From a virus, in the IMG/VR virus record IMGVR_UViG_3300030102_006960, positions 64,001 to 128,000 of that record: a stretch of 64,000 nucleotides of DNA. One strand, given 5' to 3'. A program made the position numbers and the translations under genes. Numbering within the stretch: the first letter of the stretch is position 1; each line of letters opens with the position of its first letter. The notes beneath the pieces are model-generated. The model was not told where the DNA came from. It was given only the letters and a program-made list of their open reading frames with translations, and did no database searches. Shown here one piece after another: positions 47,814 to 57,890 of the stretch.

Positions 47814-48977
47814 ATGAAATTATTTAAACTATACGAACAAGTAGAAGAAGAACAAAAGGAAACACAAGAACCTAAATTGATTACTCTTACTCCTTTAGAT
47901 AAGAGGTTTCTTAAACTGATGCAAAGTAAAGATTTGGATTGGTCTGATGGTGCAGAGATTTGGAGATTTTTAACTGATACATTATATATTGAGGATATGG
48001 AACTTAAAATGAGATTAACATATCTTTATATGGAACAACTTGTTGATGAGGATGAGGGAGAAACCTACGATGATTTAGAAAAGGTTGATTTAGATATGGA
48101 AAAGATTAACTCTGAATTTGATGACAAACAATTAGCACTAGCAGAATATTTTGACTTACCACCATTTTTAATGGAAGAGGGTGGTTATAGTCACTATGGT
48201 TTAGATCAGTATGAAAACGAAGATGATGGTGGAACATATGCAATAGGTGATGAAGATGAGATGGATGACGCAATGAATGATTACGCACAAAATAGAATAG
48301 ACGATGGTGTTGAATATATGGAAGATTGGTATTTGGAAAATCATTTAGAACCAAACGATTCCGCCATTGAACAATTTGCGGAAGAAGAGGCTGATCATAG
48401 ATTAAGTGATATGACAGATGAAGAGATATTAGAAGAAGCTGGTTATGATAACATGGATGATGCCAAAGAGCAATGGGAAGAAAAAGACAGTGAAAAAGAT
48501 GATATCGAAGAACGTATGAATGACTTAGAGTCGGAAAAAGAGGAGTTAGAATCAGAGCAAGGGGACTTGGATTATGAAGAAGATGAAGATGAGTACAATA
48601 GATTAGAAGAGGAGATAGATTTGAAACAAGAAGAGATTAATGATTTACAAAGTGAGTTAGATGACTTAGAAACTGAGATGGAAAACCTACAAGAAATTTA
48701 TCAAGGAGAATTTGTAGAACAAGCCAAAGATGAGTTAAGAGAAAATTATACCCAAAATACTGTGGATGAAATTAGAAGTGATGGTTTTAGTTATTTTGTT
48801 GATAATCTAGGTTTTGATAGAGAAAGTGCTATAGATAGTTTTTTCTGGTTGGATGAAGATAGTCTCAAAGAATCAATTAAAGATGATGAAGGTTATGAAG
48901 CCTTAGCTAGTTATGATGGCAACTACGATGAAATAAATATGAATGGAGTCCTTTATCTCATAATTAGAACTGATTAA
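47814..48977 (+). CDS. Very acidic protein, paralogue family, internal coiled coil
   Basis: TLTPLDKRFL; LAEYFDLP; YAIGDEDE; LASYDGNYDE...YLIIR. Confidence 0.8.
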   Translation: MKLFKLYEQVEEEQKETQEPKLITLTPLDKRFLKLMQSKDLDWSDGAEIWRFLTDTLYIEDMELKMRLTYLYMEQLVDEDEGETYDDLEKVDLDMEKINSEFDDKQLALAEYFDLPPFLMEEGGYSHYGLDQYENEDDGGTYAIGDEDEMDDAMNDYAQNRIDDGVEYMEDWYLENHLEPNDSAIEQFAEEEADHRLSDMTDEEILEEAGYDNMDDAKEQWEEKDSEKDDIEERMNDLESEKEELESEQGDLDYEEDEDEYNRLEEEIDLKQEEINDLQSELDDLETEMENLQEIYQGEFVEQAKDELRENYTQNTVDEIRSDGFSYFVDNLGFDRESAIDSFFWLDEDSLKESIKDDEGYEALASYDGNYDEINMNGVLYLIIRTD

Positions 48978-49007
48978 TTATAATTCTATTAAGATATTTA
49001 TTCGTAT

Positions 49008-49796
49008 ATGAAGAAGAAGCACATTATTAAATCAGGAAAAAGATTGATTAAGAAAAAAATTAAATCAATCAAAGAAAGTAATCAACCTAAATTTTTATTT
49101 GAGGGCAAGTTAGAAGATTTAAGAAAATCTTGGGCTGAATTTGTCAATGGTGCAAGAAGAGAAGGTAAAGAAACTACTGAAGCAGCAAAGATACTAGCAA
49201 AAATTATTAATAAAAAAGATGTAACTGAAGAAGATAAAAAATTTCTTAAAGAACAATCTAAAGATTTAGCTCGTATAGTGGCATTGATGGGGTTAGGTGC
49301 AGTATCTATGGCACTACCTATTGCTTTAGAAAAAGTTTTGAATAAGTGGAATATAAGTATTATGCCTAATAGTCATAGTGAAGAAGAGGAGGTAGAAGAA
49401 TTAAATGAATCTACAGGTAATCTGTTATATTCTGCGGTTGTGTTAGACGATGATGATCAAGATAACTTAATTATGTTTGTAGATAATTATGTGGATATAC
49501 CATTAAATTGGAAAAAGATTGCTCACCATATGACTATGGGTTTTAAACAACCAGTACCACAACACTTAAGAGATGATATAGGTAAGACAGTACAATTAAC
49601 AGTTAAAGAGATTGGTGTTTCAGAAGACGCAATTGCCGTAAAAGTAGACGGTTATCATACTAATAATAAAATCCCACATATTACTATTGCAATACCTAAA
49701 GATGGTAAACCATATAACTCTAACCTTATTACCGATTGGAAACCTGTAGATGAAGAAATCATTATTAAAGGAAAGGTGAGAGAAATCTATTCTTAA
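49008..49796 (+). CDS. Two-module protein with C-terminal 2H phosphoesterase (tRNA-ligase CPD-like)
   Basis: YSAVVL, HHMTM and PHITIA (two HxT motifs), SN.I..W; joined by EELNES to a helical/hydrophobic N-terminal module. Confidence 0.75.
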   Translation: MKKKHIIKSGKRLIKKKIKSIKESNQPKFLFEGKLEDLRKSWAEFVNGARREGKETTEAAKILAKIINKKDVTEEDKKFLKEQSKDLARIVALMGLGAVSMALPIALEKVLNKWNISIMPNSHSEEEEVEELNESTGNLLYSAVVLDDDDQDNLIMFVDNYVDIPLNWKKIAHHMTMGFKQPVPQHLRDDIGKTVQLTVKEIGVSEDAIAVKVDGYHTNNKIPHITIAIPKDGKPYNSNLITDWKPVDEEIIIKGKVREIYS

Positions 49797-49812
49797 TCAT
49801 ATTTATTAGTAT

Positions 49813-50610
49813 ATGATTAAATTCAAAGACATACTAAAAGAATCCGAAGATTTAGATACGTTAGTTAATAGAAAACTATTGGATATAGTTGCAAAAAGAT
49901 TCGATTTAAATTTTAATTATACTAATTATAGTAAACCAATAATAGATCAGATAAGACAAGAAGGTATTATTACCTTTATGGAAGAGATAATGGCTTTAGA
50001 TTATCAAAAAATTGCGGAATTGTGTTGGTTAATATTTTTAAATGGTTCAATAAATTATTTAACTGATCCTATAAAAACAGATGAAACTTTTTATGTGTAT
50101 GAAATAGGTTACTATGGTGAATTATCAGAAGATGAGGTAGAGATTGATGGTGATTGTGGAGATTGTGACGGAATGGGTACACAAAATAATGACTGTCAAA
50201 CTTGTCAGGGTTCAGGGGAATACGATTATGGTGAAGGTGAGGTAGAGTGTGAAGACTGTGGTGGTGGTGGAGAAGTAGAAGATGACTGTTGGAACTGTGA
50301 AGGGACAGGTATTGATTACTTTCAAGAAACAGAATATCATATAACAGATAATACACTAATATTATATAGTAACGAACCAAATTTAGATAGACCTATAGTG
50401 AATGAAACAAATTTTGAATTGTGGTATGATGAAAATGAGGCACTTTTAATACCAATGCAGGATAATTGGGAAGAGACGGTAAGTAGTTTTGATAGTGATG
50501 ATTTGGAAAGTAAAGAAGGAACAGTTAGTGTGTATTATCCACAAGAAGATATACATTTTGAAAATGCAAGATACAGAACGTATTTTAGAAATTTAATTGA
50601 ACATAGATAA
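49813..50610 (+). CDS. Acidic paralogue-family protein with four CxxCxGxG zinc-finger repeats
   Basis: CGDCDGMG, CQTCQGSG, CEDCGGGG, CWNCEGTG; no J domain. Confidence 0.8.
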   Translation: MIKFKDILKESEDLDTLVNRKLLDIVAKRFDLNFNYTNYSKPIIDQIRQEGIITFMEEIMALDYQKIAELCWLIFLNGSINYLTDPIKTDETFYVYEIGYYGELSEDEVEIDGDCGDCDGMGTQNNDCQTCQGSGEYDYGEGEVECEDCGGGGEVEDDCWNCEGTGIDYFQETEYHITDNTLILYSNEPNLDRPIVNETNFELWYDENEALLIPMQDNWEETVSSFDSDDLESKEGTVSVYYPQEDIHFENARYRTYFRNLIEHR

Positions 50611-51629
50611 TGATAAAGTTTATTAACATAATGGAAGAATACGGTGCAAACTTTAGAAAAGATAATTACACCGCACCAAAATTAGATACTCTAATTAATA
50701 GAAAGTTAATGAATATAATTTCACAAAAATTTGATTTTGATTATTTTAGGGGTGCGGCAGATAAGTGGGGTTGGAGTAGTAAAAGACATATATTTTTTAA
50801 TAGGTATTTCAAAGGAGGGTTAACAAATGACCATGATTTACCATATAATAATATCTATCAATTTATGAAAGATTCGTTATTTTTAGATGAAGATAAAATA
50901 AATGAATTGGCGTTTCTTTTGGCAACTAATTTAAAGGTTAAGGATTGGATGACAGATCCTATTTTAGAACCGTATGATTATTACTATTATGATATTCGCT
51001 ATTATGACGATTATGTAAGTGATGAAGAAGAGGAAGAATGTGAGACTTGTGAAGAATGTGGTGGTAGTGGATATGAAGATGAAGATTGTGGGTATTGTGA
51101 TGGTGAAGGAGAACAAAGATTAGAATGTGGGTATTGTGACGGTGAAGGAAGTTTTAGAGATGATGAAGGAGAAGAAGAACAATGTGACGAATGTAATGGT
51201 GATGGATACGAAGAAGTAGAATGTGATGAATGTCATGGTGATGGTAGATCTGATGAAGATTGTCATTGGTGTGGTGGAGACACAGAGATATGTGAAACTA
51301 TGTATTATAAAGAAATTAGTGAAATGAGAATTAAATTAATATCACCAGTAAAGTTACCATCTCCGGGCACACAAATACGTAATTACTACACTGAGAGTTA
51401 TACTGATTGGAGAGATAAGATTGAGAACGATAAAGGGTTAATTGTTTTAACTGATGAAGTTTTTGATACCGAACAAGATGAATATAATCCAGATAATGAT
51501 AGTTATGAGAGTCCTTTATATGAACAGGCGGATAAAATTAAATATTTTGAAGAGAGTACTCTTAGAAATGAAATGGAGGAGTGGAGATTCGGTCAATTAA
51601 ATCACCCATTTAAATCAGTATTAAGATAA
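50610..51629 (+). CDS. Acidic paralogue-family protein with six CxxCxGxG zinc-finger repeats
   Basis: CEECGGSG, CGYCDGEG x2, CDECNGDG, CDECHGDG, CHWCGG; shares LDTL.NRKL..I..K/RFD with 49813. Confidence 0.8.
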   Translation: MIKFINIMEEYGANFRKDNYTAPKLDTLINRKLMNIISQKFDFDYFRGAADKWGWSSKRHIFFNRYFKGGLTNDHDLPYNNIYQFMKDSLFLDEDKINELAFLLATNLKVKDWMTDPILEPYDYYYYDIRYYDDYVSDEEEEECETCEECGGSGYEDEDCGYCDGEGEQRLECGYCDGEGSFRDDEGEEEQCDECNGDGYEEVECDECHGDGRSDEDCHWCGGDTEICETMYYKEISEMRIKLISPVKLPSPGTQIRNYYTESYTDWRDKIENDKGLIVLTDEVFDTEQDEYNPDNDSYESPLYEQADKIKYFEESTLRNEMEEWRFGQLNHPFKSVLR

Positions 51630-52918
51630 TGAAACTATATAACCTCATATCGGAATCTAATGACAGTAACGTAACGTATACTGAACTAACTCCTATAGAT
51701 AGAAAGTTATTGCAGTTTATGTTAGGAAAAGGTATTAACTATAAGGATGATAAATTAATATATAAATTTATTAAAGAGACGTTGGCGATAGATGATTTAG
51801 AAACACAAATTAGATTAATTAATTTATATAAGTTAAATGCTCATACTGCACAGAAATTAGAAAAAGGTTTTTTAGAAATGGATAAGGTAGTAGATTTAGA
51901 TACTACTGATAGTAACGATTATACTAAAGTATTGGCAGAATTTAAAGGACTACCAGAGACATTTGTTGTTGAAGAATATAGGGGAGATATAAGGGATTAC
52001 TATAACACTTATTTACCAGAATATAGAATTTTTGATGTTGCAAGAAATGGTTATGAGTCCTATCAAATTGCTAGAAATTATGATGAAGCGTGGAACGCAG
52101 CACAAACTAGAGTGTATGATATAATTCAAAGTGAAGGGTACGATGCATTAAATCAAGAATGGTTAATGGGGTACGTAGAACCAGATAAAGAACAAATAGA
52201 GTTATATGTAAGAGAAACTACAGAAGAAAGAGCTAGAGACTACGATGAAGATGAGTTAAGAGAGGAATTGCTGGGTTATAATAGTGAGGACTGGAATGAA
52301 TATGAAGGTGCAGAGGATGACACTAAATTATATAAAGACGAGATAAAAAAATTATCATTAGAAATTCAAGAGAAAGAGTTTAAAAAAGATAATATTGAGT
52401 CAGAATTAATAGTATTAGAAAAAGATATTGAAAGATTAGATTATTATAGTGATGACGAAACTAACTATAGGGATATGGAATATAGTGAAGAGATTGATGA
52501 GTTACAACAACAATATAATAATTACAAACGAATTTTTGACGAATTAGAATTATATTTGGAGGAATCTTATAAAGAATTAGATAAGTTACAAACTAATTTA
52601 GAAGAAAGTAAAACCTTATTAGAAAAATATAGTGGTGAAAGTCTTATTGAAATGTATATTGAACAAGTAACTGCCGATAGAACAGAAGAATTCGTAGATG
52701 ATATAGACAGTTTTTTAGATTATGTAAGTATGGAAATTTCTGAAGCATATGAGTACGGTTATATAGACATTGATTCTGATGAGGTTATGGAAGGAGCAGT
52801 CAGTGATGATGGGTTAGGACATTGGTTAGCGGGATACGATGGAGGATATGATGAAGAAACAATTACGCAAGAAGATGGTAATTATTCCGATACTTTTTAT
52901 TTGTTTAGGAATCATTAA
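51629..52918 (+). CDS. Very acidic protein, paralogue family, internal coiled coil
   Basis: ELTPIDRKLL; LAEFKGLP; LAGYDGGYDE...FYLFR. Confidence 0.8.
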   Translation: MKLYNLISESNDSNVTYTELTPIDRKLLQFMLGKGINYKDDKLIYKFIKETLAIDDLETQIRLINLYKLNAHTAQKLEKGFLEMDKVVDLDTTDSNDYTKVLAEFKGLPETFVVEEYRGDIRDYYNTYLPEYRIFDVARNGYESYQIARNYDEAWNAAQTRVYDIIQSEGYDALNQEWLMGYVEPDKEQIELYVRETTEERARDYDEDELREELLGYNSEDWNEYEGAEDDTKLYKDEIKKLSLEIQEKEFKKDNIESELIVLEKDIERLDYYSDDETNYRDMEYSEEIDELQQQYNNYKRIFDELELYLEESYKELDKLQTNLEESKTLLEKYSGESLIEMYIEQVTADRTEEFVDDIDSFLDYVSMEISEAYEYGYIDIDSDEVMEGAVSDDGLGHWLAGYDGGYDEETITQEDGNYSDTFYLFRNH

Positions 52919-52967
52919 TTGACATTTAAATAAAATATTATTATATTTAATCAAAATTAATAATAAT

Positions 52968-53174
52968 ATGTCGGAAAGAGTAAAACATCCTAAACATTAT
53001 AATAGAGGAATTGAAATGTGGGACTATTCACATTCACATAATCTAGATTTTTTTGAAGGTAATATAGTAAAATATGTTACAAGATGGAAAGATAAAAATG
53101 GTATAGAAGATCTCTATAAGGCAAAACAGTATTTAGATAAACTTATTTCACTAAATGAAGTTTTAGGAAAATAA
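52968..53174 (+). CDS. DUF3310 family protein
   Basis: VKHPKHY..GIE, GNIVKY..R...KNG.EDL.KA..YL. Confidence 0.85.
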   Translation: MSERVKHPKHYNRGIEMWDYSHSHNLDFFEGNIVKYVTRWKDKNGIEDLYKAKQYLDKLISLNEVLGK

Positions 53175-53198
53175 ACATATTTATTTCCAAAAAAAGTT

Positions 53199-53531
53199 AT
53201 GGAAAAATATTTTATTAACGAAGTTTTGGAAATGGATTGTGATGATAATGGAAATCTAACTGTTAAATTTGTTTTAGAAGAAGATGAAGAAAATACATAT
53301 AGGTTGTTAGAAACAAATGAATATTATTATTGGGTTGATGAAAACTATAACGATGAAATAAGTGGTGAACCACTTACAAATGATTGGGATGAAGAAGAAT
53401 ACCATTCAGACGAAGGTTTTAATTTTGTACAATGGAAAGATTATAACCACAGTGAAGAAGTTGTTATAGATTTTATAAAAGATAGTTTTTTAAGTAAAGA
53501 AGAATTACCAAATAAAATAAAAATAGAATGA
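53199..53531 (+). CDS. Hypothetical acidic protein
   Basis: ATATTTAT at 53177. Confidence 0.65.
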   Translation: MEKYFINEVLEMDCDDNGNLTVKFVLEEDEENTYRLLETNEYYYWVDENYNDEISGEPLTNDWDEEEYHSDEGFNFVQWKDYNHSEEVVIDFIKDSFLSKEELPNKIKIE

Positions 53532-53728
53532 AAAGATTAACAATACATTTAAAAAGAGTCAATAAAAAAACAGAGGTTATTGAAGGTAAGAGTAAAAGTA
53601 AAATTTTTAACACTTTATCTTATAGAGTTAAAGATGAAGATGAAGCAAATATTATAGTAAATAACATCAACGAAAACGAAAAGCCACGTAACAATGTAAA
53701 AAAGTGGTACTTATCCGGTATTAGATAA
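53528..53728 (+). CDS. Small hypothetical protein
   Basis: ATGA-coupled to the upstream gene. Confidence 0.55.
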   Translation: MKRLTIHLKRVNKKTEVIEGKSKSKIFNTLSYRVKDEDEANIIVNNINENEKPRNNVKKWYLSGIR

Positions 53729-53768
53729 TTTATTAAGTTTTTTATATATTTATATATAAAAGACGCAA

Positions 53769-54188
53769 ATGAGCAATATTGACAAATTAAGACAACTAGT
53801 TGAGGATTTATCACTACGAGATCAAGATTTAATACAAAAAGTTCAACATTTCGATATTTTAGAACACGTATTTTTAACTTCTCCTCGTCCTATGGCTATT
53901 ATGGCAGAAGATTGGAAATATCTGTTAGTAAATGAGTTGTTTGCTGAACTTTATGGGTTTGAAAACCCTAATGATATGGTGGGGAAAAGACATTATGAAT
54001 TATTCCTTAAAATTCCTGAAAGACCTATTGATGAAATTAATAGTAAGTTAAATAATGAAGGGAGTTGGCAAGGTGTTATAAAATGTCCACATAAATCAGG
54101 ACAAGATTTTATATCTAAAATTACATTAAAAAAAGTTGATGGTAAGGATGTATTACTTTGTACTTGTGAAGTAGTAAAAGATAATTAA
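53769..54188 (+). CDS. Stand-alone PAS domain protein
   Basis: VNELFAELYGF...MVGK, WQG.....HKSG; short N-terminal coil. Confidence 0.75.
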   Translation: MSNIDKLRQLVEDLSLRDQDLIQKVQHFDILEHVFLTSPRPMAIMAEDWKYLLVNELFAELYGFENPNDMVGKRHYELFLKIPERPIDEINSKLNNEGSWQGVIKCPHKSGQDFISKITLKKVDGKDVLLCTCEVVKDN

Positions 54189-54190
54189 TA

Positions 54191-54532
54191 ATGGGTAATA
54201 ACGGAAATCAAAATGGGTGGAATGAATATTCACGACTTGTCTTAGCAGAATTAGAGAAATTGAATAATAAAGTAGATTCACTAACTGAGGAAAATAACGA
54301 TATTAAACAAGAACTATCTAAATTAGAACAATTTAAAGACGAAATATCTTCATTAAAAGATTGGAAAGGTAATGTAGATGAAGTATCTTCACCTACACAA
54401 TTAAAAGAATTACAAAAAGAAGTTAGTGATTTAAAAACATTTAAAACTATGTCTACTACTGTATGGGTGGTAGTACAGATTATTTTTGGTATTGTCGCAA
54501 CTTTATTTGGGCTTTATTTAAAATCTAGTTGA
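54191..54532 (+). CDS. Coiled-coil protein with C-terminal TM (holin/hemolysin-like architecture)
   Basis: NGWNEYSRLVL.EL..L start, heptads, terminal hydrophobic helix. Confidence 0.6.
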   Translation: MGNNGNQNGWNEYSRLVLAELEKLNNKVDSLTEENNDIKQELSKLEQFKDEISSLKDWKGNVDEVSSPTQLKELQKEVSDLKTFKTMSTTVWVVVQIIFGIVATLFGLYLKSS

Positions 54533-56394
54533 GGTTTAGTAACTAAGTTTACTTTTAGATTAACCCCATTTTCTTTACCCCACTCTTCAAACGCAATAGC
54601 GTGAGGTTCTCTATCTTCATACATTTCTATTAACTCCGTATTTGGAAACCTATTTAATAGACTTACAATAGTATTTAACTTACTATTTAAAGTATCTCCA
54701 TCATCTTTATAATGGTATTCATCAAAAACAATATCATTACTGTGTAATATATCTTCTACTTGATCTTTCTGATTTGGAAGTCTACCAGTTAACATAACCA
54801 CATAAGTGTTAGGTGTATCACTTTCAATAACATAATCACTTATTGTAGATTTAATTGGTTGAATATCGAATACCTCAGTATCTAAAGATTCTCTTTTACT
54901 CCACCAACCTCTATGTGGATATGGTGAACCAGTTTTTTCTTCCCATTCTCTTTTACCTTCTTCTGCGTGTGGTGTGTCCATCAACGTACCATCAAAGTCA
55001 AAGATTGCAATCTTGTTAATATCTAAAGGGTCTCCTACTGTTTCCATAATTAATCTGAATTTACTTACTGTTACACATTCGTTTAAATCTAATACACTAC
55101 CTTGTACCCAAGGGGTGAAATCTTCTAACGGAGTTTTATGTTTTTCTCCGTTATATGTAAAAGTAATCATTTTTTCGTCAAAATCCAAATCTCTATCTAA
55201 AAATTCTAATTTTCCGTCACTACTAGTCCATTTTTTCATCCAACTATGATGATTAAACCCACTTTTTTTAAGGAATGATTCAAACTCCCTTTTTTGTTTT
55301 ATTTTTTCTGCGTAATTTTCATCATCCTCTAATTTATGTAATTTTCGCTCTAGTTCCGCATTTAATACTTCTTTAACATATTTTGCACCTGCTTCATCAA
55401 TAAAGTCACCACCCCAATATGCATCATCTAAATCACAATTACTACAAGGGTTTAGTTCTTCTTCTAAATCTTGTAAATCACTAAATGTAAAAATACCATG
55501 TTCTTTAATTTTCTCTAATAAATCTTCATATGGAATCTTTATGGTGTATGGTCCATAAGAAAATTGACTGATATAAGGAACGTAAGTAATTTCATCTTCA
55601 TAGATTTCTTTTACTTGTTCTGTTCTAAATCTACCAGTTTCACCATTTAATGCCCAAACATATTCATTTACTACATCGTCTTTATCATCTTTAGTAAGAA
55701 AGTCATCTAAATATTCGTATAGTCCACCATCGTTGTCCATACCACCATATTTAGGATCATCAACATAAACACCTACTATATCACCTATCTTTTTTATAAT
55801 ATCTAATGTCTTATCATTATACATTACATAGTTGAATTCTTCATGATCATAATCTTCTGAACCTGCTCCGTCATCACCAATTCTCCACGCCTGCTCTCCA
55901 ACACCAGATATAAATTGTTCAAAGTCGTCACTATCACCCGCAATTTCTAATCCATCTCTTTCAAAATTAACACAAGGTGTTTTTGGATATCCGTTAGAAT
56001 TACAATAATAAAAATTGTCACCTAATAAAGTCTTAACTAATTTATTGTGTTCATCACTAGGATAATAAACTTCTAATACTTCATCTTCATCACCATCTTT
56101 TTCTTTAAGTCTCTCAACAAATTTATATAATGCATCTCCTCTATTAACATTTTCAATAGTTTCCCATGGAATTCTATATTTATTATCCCCAAACTCATCA
56201 TTTCCAACCTTAACTGCGGATTTGGTATCTTTATTTAAAACCCATAATGCGTACCATTGTTTAGCTTCTTCATTGGTAAAGGCTAATGTAGTTTTTAACC
56301 ACTTTATCACCTTTGCTTTACTAGGGTAAGTACCAACAAACTCTTTATTGATAAAATCTATTATTTTTATTTCTAATTTAGAAAATTTGTCCAT
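54514..56394 (-). CDS. Paralogue-family acidic protein fused to a HAD phosphatase (Swiss-army-knife RNA-repair type)
   Basis: C-terminal FDFDGTL.DTP, GWWS, MLTGR, K, MYEDR..H; linker DLNECVTVSKFRLIME; ATATTTAT on - strand at 56413-56420. Confidence 0.8.
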   Translation of the reverse strand: MDKFSKLEIKIIDFINKEFVGTYPSKAKVIKWLKTTLAFTNEEAKQWYALWVLNKDTKSAVKVGNDEFGDNKYRIPWETIENVNRGDALYKFVERLKEKDGDEDEVLEVYYPSDEHNKLVKTLLGDNFYYCNSNGYPKTPCVNFERDGLEIAGDSDDFEQFISGVGEQAWRIGDDGAGSEDYDHEEFNYVMYNDKTLDIIKKIGDIVGVYVDDPKYGGMDNDGGLYEYLDDFLTKDDKDDVVNEYVWALNGETGRFRTEQVKEIYEDEITYVPYISQFSYGPYTIKIPYEDLLEKIKEHGIFTFSDLQDLEEELNPCSNCDLDDAYWGGDFIDEAGAKYVKEVLNAELERKLHKLEDDENYAEKIKQKREFESFLKKSGFNHHSWMKKWTSSDGKLEFLDRDLDFDEKMITFTYNGEKHKTPLEDFTPWVQGSVLDLNECVTVSKFRLIMETVGDPLDINKIAIFDFDGTLMDTPHAEEGKREWEEKTGSPYPHRGWWSKRESLDTEVFDIQPIKSTISDYVIESDTPNTYVVMLTGRLPNQKDQVEDILHSNDIVFDEYHYKDDGDTLNSKLNTIVSLLNRFPNTELIEMYEDREPHAIAFEEWGKENGVNLKVNLVTKPQLDFK

Positions 56395-56474
56395 AAAGTT
56401 AAATTTATATCTATAAATATTAAAAATAAAGTAATAAATTTGGATAATTAAAAAAAATATTATACTTTTATGGT

Positions 56475-56960
56475 ATGAATATTTTTATATTAGACGAAGA
56501 CCCAAAAAAATGTGCTGAGTATCACAACGATAAGCACGTAGTTAAAATGATATTAGAAAGTGCACAACTTCTATGTGGTGTCCATCATATGGTAGAATCA
56601 GGTTTAGATGTACCTTATGGTTTATCCCATAAGAACCACCCTTGTTCTATATGGGCAAGAGAATGTATAGAAAATTATGTATGGTTATGTGATTTAGGTA
56701 TTGAGTTATGTAAAGAATATACCTACCGTTATGAAAAAAGACACAAATCACAAGATATAATCGAATGGTGTATGATTAACCACCCACCATTAAAAGAGTT
56801 GGGTAAACTAACACCATTTAGACTTGCAATGCCAGATGAATGTAAAATTGGTAATGCAGTTGAGTCATACAGAGAGTACTATATTAGAGAGAAAAAATAC
56901 TTTTCTAAGTGGAAAAAAAGAAATATTCCGCATTTTATGGTAAAATGTTTGGCAGTTTAA
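56475..56960 (+). CDS. Pyrimidine dimer DNA glycosylase/DenV-like family protein
   Basis: MNIFILD.DP..CA.YH.DKHVVKMILESAQLL, H.NHPC..W, AMPD, YR.YY. Confidence 0.75.
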   Translation: MNIFILDEDPKKCAEYHNDKHVVKMILESAQLLCGVHHMVESGLDVPYGLSHKNHPCSIWARECIENYVWLCDLGIELCKEYTYRYEKRHKSQDIIEWCMINHPPLKELGKLTPFRLAMPDECKIGNAVESYREYYIREKKYFSKWKKRNIPHFMVKCLAV

Positions 56961-57000
56961 AATATTTGCAGTATATTTGTAATAACAAAAATAAATAACT

Positions 57001-57792
57001 ATGGAATACTTAAATTTAGAACAAATCGGAGCACAGTGTCCTTCGGCATTAACACAGACACAATCAAGACATCTTTCACACATTTACAAACACATTCCTA
57101 CTACTAAGGTAATTGATATCTTAGAAGAAAAGAATTGGAAACCAACCGCAGCGATGCAAACTGGTACTCGTACAGGATATGAAGATACCGTACCATTTAA
57201 GAAACACATTTTACGTTTCAGAAATACGGAGATGGATAACCTTTCCAATGAGATTGGGGATACACATCCAGAGATTGTATTAACCAACTCTCACAATGGT
57301 AGATCATCCTTTAAATTTCACGTAGGACTTTTTAGATTAGTTTGTAGTAACGGATTAGTAGTTGCAGATAAGACTTTTGATAGTTACACTATTCGTCACA
57401 AAGGATTTAAAAAATCTTCTATATTAGATACGGTAGGACAAATTACTACACATATCCCACAAGTTGTTGGTAAAGTACAAAGTATGATGGGTGTGGAACT
57501 AACACCTCAACAACGAAGAGATTTCGCACAACAAGCGGTAATCGAAAGATGGGGTAAAGACAGACACGTTAACTTAGACGAATTACTAACCATTAACAGA
57601 GCCGCAGACAAAGGAAATGATTTGTGGACAGTATTCAACAGAATACAAGAGGGAATGATTAGAGGAGGTTTAAATACCTACGTTAAAAAAGACGGAAAAA
57701 TTAAATATAATAAAACCAGAGCAGTTAAGTCGATAGATGAAAATCTAAAGGTTAACAAAATGTTGTGGAGTTTATCAGAGACTATGGTGTAA
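57001..57792 (+). CDS. DUF932 family protein
   Basis: KH..RFR, L.NSHNG.SSF....GLFRLVCSNGL, DLW.VFN.IQE; promoter TTTG-N20-TATATTTG at 56948-56979. Confidence 0.88.
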   Translation: MEYLNLEQIGAQCPSALTQTQSRHLSHIYKHIPTTKVIDILEEKNWKPTAAMQTGTRTGYEDTVPFKKHILRFRNTEMDNLSNEIGDTHPEIVLTNSHNGRSSFKFHVGLFRLVCSNGLVVADKTFDSYTIRHKGFKKSSILDTVGQITTHIPQVVGKVQSMMGVELTPQQRRDFAQQAVIERWGKDRHVNLDELLTINRAADKGNDLWTVFNRIQEGMIRGGLNTYVKKDGKIKYNKTRAVKSIDENLKVNKMLWSLSETMV

Positions 57793-57818
57793 TAGTGGTT
57801 TGATTTGTTTGTAAAATT

Positions 57819-57846
57819 AGGGGGAAGAAATTCTCCCTTTTTTTTT
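57819..57846 (+). terminator. Intrinsic terminator
   Basis: AGGGGGAA-GAAA-TTCTCCCT plus T run. Confidence 0.8.
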
Positions 57847-57890
57847 GTTTATTAAATTATTTTTTCTATATTTGTATAAACAAATTAATT

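Noticed and set aside
49813-51629. Additional dnaJ genes
   Set aside because: Only the CxxCxGxG repeats are present; no J domain, HPD motif or DnaJ C-terminal domain.
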